DNA of 64,000 nt from an uncultured Candidatus Rokubacteria bacterium (GCA_963754315.1 CAVWFS010000001.1:128001-192000), one strand, 5' to 3'. Counted from the stretch's first letter, positions 51,050-61,397 are shown. Notes: generated by a model not told the origin, from the letters alone. Numbers and translations: made by a program.

Positions 51050-52828
51050 GTGTACGTGCTGGGAATCTCGTGTTTCTTTCACGACGCCGCGGCAGCGCTG
51101 GTGAAGGATGGCGTGGTGGTGGGCGCGGCCGAGGAAGAGCGTTTCACGCGCAAGAAGCACGACTACGAGTTCCCCGTGCAGGCGATCCAGGCCGTGCTGG
51201 CCGCCGAGGGTATCAGCAGTGCGGAGCTCGACTACGTGGCGTTCTTCGAAAAGCCCTTCGTGAAGTTCGAGCGCATCCTGATGACGTCGCTGCAGATGTT
51301 TCCGCGGGCGACCCGGCTGTTCCGGGAGGCCATGGTGACGTGGCTCCTGGACAAGCTGTGGGTCAGCGCCCTCATCGAGGAGCGACTGGGCGTGCCGCGG
51401 GCGAAGCTCCTGTTCTCGGAGCATCACCTCTCGCACGCGGCGAGCGCGTTCTTTTGCTCGCCGTTCGACGAGGCCGCCCTCCTCACTGTAGACGGGGTCG
51501 GCGAGTGGGCGACCGCCACCATGGGGCGAGGGCGGGGTACGGAGATCCGCCTGGAACGGGAGATCCGTTTTCCGCATTCGGTTGGGCTCCTCTATTCCGT
51601 CTTCACGGCCTTCCTTGGCTTCGAGGTGAACGAGGGCGAGTACAAGGTGATGGGTATGGCCCCCTACGGGGTGCCGCGCTACGTGGACGAGGTACGCAAG
51701 CTGGTGCGGATGGCTCCCGACGGGAGTTTTCGGCTCAACATGGAGTACTTCGCCTTTCATCGGTCGACGGACCGCCCGTACACGGGCCGGTTCCTCGACC
51801 TCTTCGGCGAACCCCGCGGGGTGGACGAGAACTTCTTCACCGACCGGTCCGGATATCCCTCGTATTTCGGACCGCGTCCTCCCGACTTCGCCGAGCGCGT
51901 GCAGCGCAACCAGCACTATGCCGATCTGGCCGCCAGCATCCAGGCTGTCACCGAGGAACTGGTGTTGAACATGGCCCGGGCGGCCCGCCGCGAGACGGGG
52001 CTGCCGCGGCTGTGCCTGGCGGGTGGGGTGGGCCTGAACAGCGTGGCCAACTGGAAGATCCTCCAGGAGACGGGGTTCGAGGAGCTCTACGTGCACCCGG
52101 CGGCCGGGGATTCTGGTGGAGCGGTGGGTGCCGCCCTCTATGCCTATCACACCCTGCTCGGCAAGCCGCGGGGATTCGTGATGGAGCATGCCTTCTGGGG
52201 CCAAGAGCACCCGGAGGCGAAGGTGCGGGCGTTTCTGGACGCCGAGAACATCGCGTACCAGCGGCTGGACGACAGTGCTCTGCTGGATCGCACAGTGGAC
52301 GCCCTCACGGCTGGGCAGGTCGTGGGCTGGCACCAGGGTCGCTTCGAGTGGGGCCCGCGGGCACTGGGGCATCGGTCGATTCTGGCCGACCCCCGGCGAG
52401 CTGACATGAAGGACATCGTGAACACGAAGATCAAGTTTCGGGAACCGTATCGCCCGTTCGCCCCTTCCGTCTTGGCTGGACGAACGGGCGAGTACTTCGC
52501 GGCGCCCGGAGTGGAACGGCAGTATCCCGCGCGATTCATGCTGCTGGTCACCCCGGTGCTGGAGGACAAACGCGAGGTGATTCCGGCCGTGACACACGTG
52601 GACGGCACGGGGCGTTTGCAGGTGGTGGTGCGCGACGGCAACGAGCGGTACTACGATCTCATCGACCGCTTCGGGCAGGCCACTGGGGTCCCGGTCGTGC
52701 TGAACACCTCGTTCAATCTGCGCGGCGAGCCGATCGTGAACACTCCCGAAGAAGCATACTCGACGTTCGCGCGCAGCGGTCTCGACGCCCTGGTACTGGG
52801 TAACTGCTTCGTGCGCAAGGAGGGATAG
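51050..52828 (+). CDS. O-carbamoyltransferase (NodU/CmcH/SxtI family)
   Basis: HDAAAAL, EEERFTRKKH, EHHLSHAASAF, DGVGEW, EYKVMG, GPRALGHRSIL, KFREPYRPFAP, HVDGTGRLQ and LNTSFN. Confidence 0.93.
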   Translation: MYVLGISCFFHDAAAALVKDGVVVGAAEEERFTRKKHDYEFPVQAIQAVLAAEGISSAELDYVAFFEKPFVKFERILMTSLQMFPRATRLFREAMVTWLLDKLWVSALIEERLGVPRAKLLFSEHHLSHAASAFFCSPFDEAALLTVDGVGEWATATMGRGRGTEIRLEREIRFPHSVGLLYSVFTAFLGFEVNEGEYKVMGMAPYGVPRYVDEVRKLVRMAPDGSFRLNMEYFAFHRSTDRPYTGRFLDLFGEPRGVDENFFTDRSGYPSYFGPRPPDFAERVQRNQHYADLAASIQAVTEELVLNMARAARRETGLPRLCLAGGVGLNSVANWKILQETGFEELYVHPAAGDSGGAVGAALYAYHTLLGKPRGFVMEHAFWGQEHPEAKVRAFLDAENIAYQRLDDSALLDRTVDALTAGQVVGWHQGRFEWGPRALGHRSILADPRRADMKDIVNTKIKFREPYRPFAPSVLAGRTGEYFAAPGVERQYPARFMLLVTPVLEDKREVIPAVTHVDGTGRLQVVVRDGNERYYDLIDRFGQATGVPVVLNTSFNLRGEPIVNTPEEAYSTFARSGLDALVLGNCFVRKEG

Positions 52829-53011
52829 ATGCCGAAGGCGGTGCGGGGGGCGGTCCGACGGGTTGGCATCATGGGGGAGCTGATGCAGTTTCTGTGGGAG
52901 CGCAAGCTGTGGTGGCTGATGCCCATGGTGGGAGTGCTGCTCCTGCTGGGCATTCTCATCATCTTCGCCCAGTCCTCGGCCATCGCGCCCTTCATCTACA
53001 CCTTGTTCTGA
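52829..53011 (+). CDS. DUF5989/SxtK-like small membrane protein
   Basis: FLWERKLWWL.P.........IAPFIYTLF; alternative start at 52871. Confidence 0.8.
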   Translation: MPKAVRGAVRRVGIMGELMQFLWERKLWWLMPMVGVLLLLGILIIFAQSSAIAPFIYTLF

Positions 53012-53014
53012 ACG

Positions 53015-53795
53015 ATGACAAACCGCCATGCGGGGCCGACACCGGCGGGGGACCGCGCGCCCATCCCCGAGCCCTCCTACGCCGAGCGGGCGCGAACGCT
53101 CGTCCATCTCGGGCAGACGGGCGCGCTGGCCACCGTTTCCCGGCGCCACCCCGGCCATCCGTTCGCCTCGGTGATGCCGTATGCCTTGGAAGCGGCAGGG
53201 CGACCCCTTTTCCTCATCAGCTCGATGGCGATGCACACCCAGAACCTCGAGTCGGACCCGCGGGCCAGCCTGCTCGTGACCCAGCACACCCGAAGCGAGG
53301 ATCCGCTCGCGGCCGGCCGGGTTACCCTGCTGGGTCAGGCCCGGAAGCTCCCGGAGGCGGCGGTGGCCGCGGCGCGGGCCGCCTACTTGGCCCGTCACGA
53401 CAAGGCGCGATTCTGGGTCGACTTCGAGGACTTTGCCTTCTGGCGTCTGGATCTGACCGACGCGTACTTCGTGGGTGGGTTCGCCGCCATGGACTGGGTG
53501 ACCGCTGAGGCCTACCAAGCAGCAGCTCCCGATCCCCTGGCCGAGGTGGCGCTCAGCATCATTGACCACATGAACCAGGATCATGCCGACACCCTGCCGC
53601 TATATGCGCGGGCCTTTGCCGGAGAGCAGGCCGACGAGGCTACCATGACGAGTGTCGACCGTCTGGGCTTCGCCCTACGCCTCCGGAGCGGCGAGCGCCT
53701 GCACGGGGTGCGTGTTGCCTTCCCGCGCGAGGTGCGCACGTGCCGCCGATGCTCGGACCGTTCTCGTCGAGATGCTCCGGGAGGCTCGCAGCTAG
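53015..53795 (+). CDS. HugZ-like pyridoxamine 5'-phosphate oxidase family protein with DUF2470 domain (frameshift at ~53741)
   Basis: GHPFAS, ISSMAMHTQNL..DPRASL, FVGGFAAMDWV and IIDHMNQDH. The natural ending AADARTVLVEMLREARS* is in the +1 frame. Confidence 0.82.
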
Positions 53796-53842
53796 GCGCT
53801 TCGGCTATAGTAGGCCTGCTGAATCATCGAAGGAGACGCCCC

Positions 53843-54331
53843 ATGACGCTCACCATCATTCGCCATGCTATTGCCGTCCCTGCCGGCACGGAGGGGATCT
53901 CCGACGACGAGCGTCCGTTGACCAAGAAGGGCCGCCGCCGCTTCGTCAAGGCGGCGCGCGGGCTGGCCGAGATCTGCCAGCGCCCAGACGTCCTCCTGAC
54001 CAGCCCGCTGCCGCGGGCGAGCGAGACGGCGGAGATCGCGGCCGAGGCGTGGGGCGGTCCTCCCCCCAGCCCCGAGCCCGTCCTCGCCCACGGAAGTGCT
54101 GAGGACATCATCGCGATGCTCGCGCGCTACGCTGGCGAACAGCAGGTGGTTATCGTGGGCCACGAGCCGACGGTATCGGAGGTTCTGGCGCGCCTGCTGG
54201 GCGGCACGGCCGGCGAACGATTCGCATTTCGCAAGGGCGGGGCGGCACAGATCGAGGTGCCTGGTACCCCGGCCGACGGCGGACGCCTGGAGTGGTTCAT
54301 GCGACCGAAGCTTCTGCGCGCGCTGGACTGA
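53843..54331 (+). CDS. sixA: Phosphohistidine phosphatase SixA family
   Basis: Own RBS AAGGAG; IIRHAIA, RPLT..G, TSPL.RA.ETA, VGHEP and FRKGG. Confidence 0.85.
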   Translation: MTLTIIRHAIAVPAGTEGISDDERPLTKKGRRRFVKAARGLAEICQRPDVLLTSPLPRASETAEIAAEAWGGPPPSPEPVLAHGSAEDIIAMLARYAGEQQVVIVGHEPTVSEVLARLLGGTAGERFAFRKGGAAQIEVPGTPADGGRLEWFMRPKLLRALD

Positions 54332-54354
54332 CATCCCCGGGAGGCCAGAGAGCG

Positions 54355-55050
54355 ATGAAGACCTTAGCGATTGACATCGGCGGTTCGAATCTCAAGGCGT
54401 CGGTCCTCAATGAGGAGGGCGCGCCCATGGTGGACCGCGTACGCGTGGAAACACCCGTCGGCGCCGCACCGGAGACGTTTCTGGATACGCTGGCCGAGTT
54501 GGTGGCGCAGCTTCCACCCTATGACCGCATTTCCGTCGGCTTTCCCGGCGTGGTGCGCAACGGGACGGTCCTGGTCGCCCCGCCGAACCTCAAGAATACG
54601 GAGTGGGCAGGCTTCAAGCTGGCCGCCGCCATCGCCGAGAAGCTGGGCAAACCGGTGAAGGTCATCAACGACGCCGAGATGCAGGGGCTCGCCGTCATCA
54701 AGGGACAGGGCGTGGAGATGGTCATCACCCTCGGTACGGGGTTCGGGTCAGCCCTGTTCGTTGAGGGCCATCGGGGCGCCCACCTCGAGCTGGCTCACCA
54801 TCCCTTCCGTAAGGATGAAACCTACGACGAGCAGCTTGGCAACGTCGCGCGCAAGCAGGCGGGGACCAAAAAGTGGAACAAGCGGGTGAAGAAGGCCATC
54901 AAGACCGTCCGCACCTTGACGAATTTCGACCATCTCTATATCGGCGGTGGTAACGCGAAGAAGGTCACGCTGGAACTTCCGCCGGACGTCAGCATCGTCT
55001 CGAACGAGGCGGGTATCGCGGGGGGGTTGGCCGTCTGGCGCGACGGCTAG
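54355..55050 (+). CDS. ppgK: ROK family kinase, polyphosphate glucokinase-like
   Basis: IDIGGS, VGFPGVV, NDAEMQG, TLGTGFGSALF, LELAHHP, IGGGNAKK and NEAGI.GG. Confidence 0.75.
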   Translation: MKTLAIDIGGSNLKASVLNEEGAPMVDRVRVETPVGAAPETFLDTLAELVAQLPPYDRISVGFPGVVRNGTVLVAPPNLKNTEWAGFKLAAAIAEKLGKPVKVINDAEMQGLAVIKGQGVEMVITLGTGFGSALFVEGHRGAHLELAHHPFRKDETYDEQLGNVARKQAGTKKWNKRVKKAIKTVRTLTNFDHLYIGGGNAKKVTLELPPDVSIVSNEAGIAGGLAVWRDG

Positions 55051-55060
55051 GCGCTAGTCC

Positions 55061-55978
55061 GTGTCCGATTTGGTTGCGGTTCTTGATATTGGATCCAACG
55101 CCGCCCGATTCATCCTTGCCCGCGTGACTCCCGGCACCGGGTATCGCGTGCTTCAGAGGGATCGAGTGGTGACCCGTCTGGCGAGCGGCCCGCCCGGCAC
55201 CCTGCCCCGAAAGGGGGTCAAGGCTGTGCTGCGAGGCGTGCACCGCTTCCTGCAGGATGTCCGTAACGGAGGGGAACCGCGAGTGGTGGCGGTGGCCACG
55301 GCGGCTGTCCGTGACGCCAAGAACAGCCGCCGCCTGCTCGGTCCGCTCCGGAGCAAGGAGGGTGTGGACGTCGAGATCCTCAGCGCGCGCCAGGAGGCTC
55401 GACTGGGCGTCGTCGCCGCCCTGCGCAGCCTGCCAATCACCGACGGTGCCGTCCTGGACCTGGGCGGGGGCAGCCTGCAGCTCACCCGCGTCCGCCGAGG
55501 AGAAATCGTGTCAACGACCGGGGTGCCGCTGGGGGCTCTGCGTGTGACCCGACAATTTTTCAAGCACGATCCGCCGACATCGAAGGAGCTGCGTAAGCTG
55601 CGGCGGGCGATCCGTGAGCACCTGCACGACGCCCTCCCCGTACGGGGGCGGGACGAACCGCTGATCGGCATGGGAGGCACCGTGCGTACCATAGCGAGCA
55701 TGCATCTGGCTGCCCTCCGGAGCCGCCGCAAGAACCGACACGGATTGCGTCTGCTCCCCTCCGACGTGACGGGCGTGCGCGAGCGGCTGGAGTCCAAGCC
55801 GGCCCGGAAACGGCGCAAGATCCGTGGACTCAAGGCGGACCGGGTCGACATCATTCTGGGCGGGGTGATCGTGATCGAAGAGGTGATGACCCTGGGCGGC
55901 TACGGATCGCTGGTGGTGTGCACCCACGGAGTGGGGGATGGACTTCTTCTGCGCGAATCGTTCAACGGGGACGTCTGA
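55061..55978 (+). CDS. ppx: Ppx/GppA family exopolyphosphatase (short form)
   Basis: DIGSNA, ATAAVRDA.N, EARLG, DLGGGSLQ, GMGGT and RVDII. Confidence 0.88.
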   Translation: MSDLVAVLDIGSNAARFILARVTPGTGYRVLQRDRVVTRLASGPPGTLPRKGVKAVLRGVHRFLQDVRNGGEPRVVAVATAAVRDAKNSRRLLGPLRSKEGVDVEILSARQEARLGVVAALRSLPITDGAVLDLGGGSLQLTRVRRGEIVSTTGVPLGALRVTRQFFKHDPPTSKELRKLRRAIREHLHDALPVRGRDEPLIGMGGTVRTIASMHLAALRSRRKNRHGLRLLPSDVTGVRERLESKPARKRRKIRGLKADRVDIILGGVIVIEEVMTLGGYGSLVVCTHGVGDGLLLRESFNGDV

Positions 55979-55981
55979 GCC

Positions 55982-58057
55982 ATGACGAACGACCGGTTCA
56001 TCAATCGCGAGCTCTCCTGGCTCGAATTCAACCGCCGCGTGCTCGAGGAGGCCCAGGACCCGACGGTGCCCCTCCTGGAGCGCGTGAAGTTTCTCGCCAT
56101 CTTCAGCTCGAACCTCGACGAGTTCTTCATGGTCCGCATGGCCGGTCTCAAGCGGCAGCTCTTTTCCGGGGACACGATGGCGGGCCCCGACGGTATGAAT
56201 GCCGCCGATACCATCGCCGCCGTGTCGGCCAAGGTCCACGAGTTGGTCGTCCTCCAGCACCGGGTCTTCCTGGAGGAGATCCAGCCGTTGCTCGCGGCTG
56301 AAGGCGTGCACATCCTCCGTTCCAAGGAGATCACGGAGGCGCAGCACCAATTCCTCGACGACTACTTCCGCCGCACCTTGATGCCCGTGCTCACGCCGTT
56401 GGCCATCGATCCGGGCCATCCCTTTCCGTACCTCGGCAATCGCTCCTTGTGCGTGTTGGCCTCCATCCGGCGGCTGGCCTCCTCACCACTGCCCACGACG
56501 CCCCTCGCCGTCGTCCACATTCCGAGCCAGGTCGTGCCGCGCTTCGTGGCCATGCCCGATCAGCCGAACCGCCATTCCTTCATGCTGCTGGAGGACATCA
56601 TCCGGTTGCATCTTCCGCGCCTCTACCACGGCTACGAGATACTCTCCTCGCACGCCATCCGGGTGACCCGAGATGCGGAGTTACAGCTGCCGCGCGGGCG
56701 GGCCGAGGATCTTCTCACCAGCATCGAGGAGAGTCTGCAAGATCGACTCATGGGCTCCGCCGTGCGGCTGCAGTACGACATGGACCTGCCGGCGCCCGTT
56801 CTGTCCACTCTGCTGGAGGAGCTGGAGCTGCAGCCGGAGGATCTCTACGAGGGCCAGGGCTTCACGACGTTTTCCGATCTCAGCCAGCTCTATGCCGTCC
56901 TCGATATTCCCCGGCTCAAGGATCGTCCGCAGCCACCGCTTCCCGTGCGTGCCTTCGAGGCGGGGCCGGATGTGTGGAGTGTCATTCGCAAGAACGACGT
57001 CCTCGTTCACCACCCGTATCAGTCGTTCGACGCGGTGACGAAGTTCGTGCGCGAAGCCGCCGCCGATCCCAAGGTGCTGGCCATCAAGATGACACTCTAC
57101 CGGGTCAGTCCGACATCGCCCATCGCGCTGGCCCTGACCTCCGCCGCCCAGAACGGCAAGGAGGTGGCGGTGCTGGTCGAGCTGCGCGCCCGTTTCGACG
57201 AGGAAGCCAACATTCGATGGGCGCGGGCTCTCGAAGAAGTGGGCGCCCACGTGGTCTACGGGCTGGTCGGGTACAAGACGCATTGCAAGGCGTGTTTGGT
57301 GGTCCGGCAGGAAGCCGACGGGATCCGCCGCTATTGCCACCTCGCGACGGGTAACTACAACACGCGGACCGCGAACATCTACGCCGATCTCGGACTCTTC
57401 ACGAGCCGCGAGTCGTTGGGCGAAGACCTGACCGAGCTCTTCAACATGCTGACCGGCTACACCCAGCCGCGCGCCTTCAATCACCTCTTGGTGGCGCCCA
57501 CCGACCTCCGTGACGGCCTGGTCACCCGCATCCGGCGGGAGGCGGATCTGGCCCGGGCCGGCCGCCCGGCTCGTCTCATCGCCAAGATGAACAGTCTGGT
57601 CGATCCGGCCCTGATCGAGGAGCTCTATGCGGCCAGCCAGGCGGGAGTGGACATAGACCTGATCGTGCGCGGCATCTGCTGCCTACGTCCCGGCGTCCCC
57701 GCGCTCTCCGACCGTATCCGGGCCATGTCCATCGTCGATCGCAATCTCGAGCACGCGCGCATCTTCTACTTCGCGAACGATGGCCAGCCGGAGTACTGGC
57801 TGTCCTCCGGTGACTGGATGCCTCGCAATCTCGACCACCGGGTGGAAGTGTCATTCCCCGTGCTCGATCCTGTCCTGCAGGCCTCCGTGCGAGAGATCCT
57901 GGATATCCAACTGGGTGATACCGTGAAGGCGCGGCGGTTCCGCGCCGACGGTACCACCGAGCGGATTGAGGCGGACGGTCGCCCCCTCCTCCGCGCCCAG
58001 GATCGCGTGTACGAACTGATGGCGGCGCGAACGCGAGTCGGCAGCGGTGAGGCGTGA
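55982..58057 (+). CDS. ppk1: Polyphosphate kinase 1
   Basis: NRELSWLEFN.RVL, SNLDEFFMVR, HHPY.SF, ELRARFDEEANI, KTHCK and SGDWMPRNLDHRVE. Confidence 0.96.
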   Translation: MTNDRFINRELSWLEFNRRVLEEAQDPTVPLLERVKFLAIFSSNLDEFFMVRMAGLKRQLFSGDTMAGPDGMNAADTIAAVSAKVHELVVLQHRVFLEEIQPLLAAEGVHILRSKEITEAQHQFLDDYFRRTLMPVLTPLAIDPGHPFPYLGNRSLCVLASIRRLASSPLPTTPLAVVHIPSQVVPRFVAMPDQPNRHSFMLLEDIIRLHLPRLYHGYEILSSHAIRVTRDAELQLPRGRAEDLLTSIEESLQDRLMGSAVRLQYDMDLPAPVLSTLLEELELQPEDLYEGQGFTTFSDLSQLYAVLDIPRLKDRPQPPLPVRAFEAGPDVWSVIRKNDVLVHHPYQSFDAVTKFVREAAADPKVLAIKMTLYRVSPTSPIALALTSAAQNGKEVAVLVELRARFDEEANIRWARALEEVGAHVVYGLVGYKTHCKACLVVRQEADGIRRYCHLATGNYNTRTANIYADLGLFTSRESLGEDLTELFNMLTGYTQPRAFNHLLVAPTDLRDGLVTRIRREADLARAGRPARLIAKMNSLVDPALIEELYAASQAGVDIDLIVRGICCLRPGVPALSDRIRAMSIVDRNLEHARIFYFANDGQPEYWLSSGDWMPRNLDHRVEVSFPVLDPVLQASVREILDIQLGDTVKARRFRADGTTERIEADGRPLLRAQDRVYELMAARTRVGSGEA

Positions 58058-58170
58058 GCGCGGGACGGTGCGAGTTGACAGACTGAGGATCGGCGCCGAG
58101 CGTACGGGGGCGCAACACGGAGACCGACGGCGGTGACCGTCACGGCGAGGGAAATGGAGAATAGCGACTG

Positions 58171-59652
58171 ATGGCTGGCTCGTCCTCTTACGACGTCATC
58201 GTGGTGGGTGGTGGCAACGCGGCGTTGTGCGCGGCGCTGTCCGCGCGTGAGTATGGGGCTCGCGTGCTGGTGGTCGAGAAGGCGCCCGAGGCATGGCGGG
58301 GGGGGAACTCCTTTTTTACGGCAGGGGGCTTTCGCTTCGCGTTCAAGAGCTTCGAGGAGCTCAGCGAGCTGGTGGGCGATCTCTCCGACGAGGAGAAAGC
58401 CTCGATGGAGGTGGACCCGTATACGGAGGACGCCTTCTATGACGACCTCATGCGGGTGACGGAGGACCTCGCCGATCCCGACATGGCTCTCGCCCTCGTT
58501 CGCGAGTCGCAGGCCACCGTGCGCTGGATGCGCGACCAGGGCATCCGATGGATCCCGATGTTCGGTCGCCAGGCCTACAAGGTCGGAGCAAAGTTTCGTT
58601 TCTGGGGCGGGCTTGTGCTGGAAGCGGTGGGCGGCGGCCCCGGACTCATCGATATGGAGTACGCGGCGGCATCGGGCAAGGGCATCGAGGTACGCTTCGA
58701 GACGAAGGCCATGCGGCTCCTCACCGACACACGGGGCGGCGTCACCGGCGTGGAGGTCCGCACGGCGATGGGTCTGGAACCGCTCGAGGCGCGGGCCGTG
58801 ATCCTCGCTGCTGGTGGCTTTGAAGCAAACGGGGAGATGCGCACGCGCTATCTCGGACGCAACTGGGATCTGGCCCGCGTGCGCGGCACGCCCTATAACA
58901 CGGGCGATGCCATCCGCATGGCCCTCGACGTCGGCGCGCTGCCGTGGGGGCACTGGAGCGGATGCCACTCGGTGGCCTGGGACTACAACGCCCCCTGGCA
59001 CGGCGACCGCAAGGTAGGGGACAACTTCCAGAAACATTCGTACCCGCTCGGGCTCATCGTGAACATCCGGGGCGAGCGCTTCGTGGACGAGGGCGCCGAT
59101 TTTCGCAACTACACCTACGTGAAGTACGGGCGGACGATCATCGAGCAGCCTCGGCGCGCGGCCTTCCAGATCTTCGACCAGAAGGTAATCTCGATGCTGC
59201 GCGAGGAGTACCGCATTCGGGAGGTCACCAAGGCGGAGGCGATGACGTGGGCCGAGCTGGCCCGCAAGCTCGAGATCGACGAGGAGGGCTTCGTACGGAC
59301 GGTGACCGCGTACAACGCTGCCGTTCAGCCCGGAGAGTTCAATCCCGCCATCAAGGACGGCAAGAGCACGCGGGGCATCGTCCCCCCCAAATCGAACTGG
59401 GCCCTTCCCCTCGATGCGCCGCCCTACGTGGGCTTTGCCGTCACCACCGGCATCACGTTCACCTTCGGCGGCCTCAAGATCACAGGTGAGGGGCAGGTGA
59501 TCGACTGCGAGCAGCGCCCCATTCCCGGGCTCTACGCGGCCGGGGAGCTGGTGGGTGGGCTCTTCTATCACAACTATCCGGGCGGCGCCGGGCTCATGGC
59601 GGGTGCGGTATTCGGTCGGACGGCCGGACGATCGGCCGCGCGCCGTTCGTAG
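58171..59652 (+). CDS. tcuA: FAD-dependent tricarballylate dehydrogenase TcuA family
   Basis: GGGNAALCAA, RGGNS.FT, RGTPYNTG, RFVDEGADF...TY and TFTFGGL. Confidence 0.8.
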   Translation: MAGSSSYDVIVVGGGNAALCAALSAREYGARVLVVEKAPEAWRGGNSFFTAGGFRFAFKSFEELSELVGDLSDEEKASMEVDPYTEDAFYDDLMRVTEDLADPDMALALVRESQATVRWMRDQGIRWIPMFGRQAYKVGAKFRFWGGLVLEAVGGGPGLIDMEYAAASGKGIEVRFETKAMRLLTDTRGGVTGVEVRTAMGLEPLEARAVILAAGGFEANGEMRTRYLGRNWDLARVRGTPYNTGDAIRMALDVGALPWGHWSGCHSVAWDYNAPWHGDRKVGDNFQKHSYPLGLIVNIRGERFVDEGADFRNYTYVKYGRTIIEQPRRAAFQIFDQKVISMLREEYRIREVTKAEAMTWAELARKLEIDEEGFVRTVTAYNAAVQPGEFNPAIKDGKSTRGIVPPKSNWALPLDAPPYVGFAVTTGITFTFGGLKITGEGQVIDCEQRPIPGLYAAGELVGGLFYHNYPGGAGLMAGAVFGRTAGRSAARRS

Positions 59653-59663
59653 GGCCCGGTCCG

Positions 59664-61352
59664 TCAGCGCTCTTCCCGGTGGGAACGGAGGGCAGCATCG
59701 GCTGCCTCGAGAAACCACTCCGGGAGGAGCACGCGGTCCAGACTGACAAATCGCTCGAACTGAGCGTCGAGCACATAGGTGACGCCATAGTCGGCTGCGT
59801 GCCGGCACGAACGCCCGTAGGCCTGCACAAGCGCCTTGGCTGTTTCAAGGATGTACCAGCGGGGATCACGCTGCCGACGGGCGGCCGTCCAGGGATCGCC
59901 GAGATCCGGGTAGGGCATCTTCGTGATGATCTGAAAGCGTAAGAAGTCATCGGGAAGATCGACCCCCTCGCGCAAGGACGGCGATACCAGAACCGAGGGT
60001 CGACGTAGCGCCCGATGCACGTCGAGAGCACGATGGCGCTCGCCACCCTCGACGACGATGAGCCGGGCAAACTGGTCTGGCGCGGCCTCGGCCAGAGCCT
60101 GCGCCAGCCGGCGGGCGGCCCCATAGGACGGGGTGTGGATGAGCCCCTTATCGCTCGGATGAGTTCGCAGGATTGCGATGACCTCCGCGAACACGAGGGG
60201 CTCGAGACTGCCCAAGGTGGCCCGCGATAGGCGCCCGACAGGGCGGTAGACCAGAGGCCGCTGCTCGAGAGGGAACGGCGAGTCCACGCTGAATACGCGC
60301 ACCTGCTCGGCGTCGAGACCCAGGTGGCCGGCTGTCGCCGCCGGCGGACCGAGATAGGCCGAGGACAGGACGATGATATCGGCCGCGTCCCAGAGGAGGG
60401 CGGGGGCCAGCGCCGCGACGCCGAGGGGCAGCAACTCGAGACTGCTGCCGGGCGAGGCCGGGTAACGGACGGCCCATTCGGGATCAGGGGCCTCGACAAA
60501 GTAACGCAACCCGGCCAGACCGGTTTCGAGCCGGTCCCGCTCGGCGACGAGGTGTAGCTCCTCACGCGATGGGGGAAGGCTGAACCACGCAGCATCCGGC
60601 CCCGGCGGGCGCAGTGCGTCCAAAGCGCGTTCGACGGTGGTGAGCTGAGCACCGAGTCGCTCAACCTGGGCGCGAAGCAGCGGTCGGTACTCGTGGGCGA
60701 ACGGAAGGCGAGGGAGCGGGGCCCCGAACCACTCCCGCATCTGATCAGACGAGAAGGTGACGGACAGCGCGCCCACCAGCTGAGACTCCAGATTGTGCGC
60801 CTCGTCGATCACGAGCAGGCGTCGGCGGGACAGCGACTCCCCGAGCCAGTGTCGCAAGGTGGCGAAGTACGCGGTGTTCGTGCAGAAGACCGGCCCGGCG
60901 CGCGCAGCAGCCTTGGCGCGGGCATACGGACACTGGCACTGGGGGCCACGCGGCCGGCGGCACATGCCGAGCGAGGTCGGCACTCGTCGCTCGGGGTAGC
61001 GCTCGCAGAGATAGTTGTCGCGGCCCTTGACCACCTGGATCTCACCAGCGAAGTCCCGCTCGTACTGGTCTTGCAGGAGTTTCTGCGAGGTGAGGAGATA
61101 GGCGTCGCCACTCCATCGGGCCAAGGTCATCGCCACGTGGCTTTTTCCAACGCCCGGGGGGGCCTCCACCACGAAGATCCGGGGGCTCTGCGGATCGTCC
61201 AGGGCCTCGGCGATTGCGTCGCCGACCCTTGTGAGCAGCCGGGCCTGCTCGGCGCGTGGGGTGCAGCCGGCGGGGAAGTGCGCGAGCAGCTCGTGCTGGA
61301 TCAGGCTAGCCTCTTGACGTGAGATGGTAGCGGGCCGTCGGCTCACCAACAA
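59664..61352 (-). CDS. DinG/XPD-like SF2 ATP-dependent DNA helicase
   Basis: EAPPGVGKS, KGRDNYLC, IDEAHNL, EGVDLP, KMPYP, QAYGRSCRH..D and LD; start uncertain. Confidence 0.85.
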   Translation of the reverse strand: MLVSRRPATISRQEASLIQHELLAHFPAGCTPRAEQARLLTRVGDAIAEALDDPQSPRIFVVEAPPGVGKSHVAMTLARWSGDAYLLTSQKLLQDQYERDFAGEIQVVKGRDNYLCERYPERRVPTSLGMCRRPRGPQCQCPYARAKAAARAGPVFCTNTAYFATLRHWLGESLSRRRLLVIDEAHNLESQLVGALSVTFSSDQMREWFGAPLPRLPFAHEYRPLLRAQVERLGAQLTTVERALDALRPPGPDAAWFSLPPSREELHLVAERDRLETGLAGLRYFVEAPDPEWAVRYPASPGSSLELLPLGVAALAPALLWDAADIIVLSSAYLGPPAATAGHLGLDAEQVRVFSVDSPFPLEQRPLVYRPVGRLSRATLGSLEPLVFAEVIAILRTHPSDKGLIHTPSYGAARRLAQALAEAAPDQFARLIVVEGGERHRALDVHRALRRPSVLVSPSLREGVDLPDDFLRFQIITKMPYPDLGDPWTAARRQRDPRWYILETAKALVQAYGRSCRHAADYGVTYVLDAQFERFVSLDRVLLPEWFLEAADAALRSHREER

Positions 61353-61397
61353 GACCTGAACGTCGCCTGCCGGCGACGACCAGGCGGGTCGCGTATC

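Noticed and set aside
50793..53011. Saxitoxin biosynthesis cluster
   Set aside because: No sxtA, sxtG or other core genes are in the window.
51044..53584. Long antisense ORFs (846 aa here; also 2723..4273, 10903..12525, 8315..9550, 57766..59808, 32534..34096)
   Set aside because: These are shadow frames of well-supported genes in high-GC DNA and have no recognisable motifs.
53015..54331. Apparent 438-aa HugZ-SixA fusion in the ORF track
   Set aside because: One extra base near 53741 explains it. The HugZ-like ending and TAG (53793-53795) are in the +1 frame, and sixA has its own RBS and ATG at 53843.
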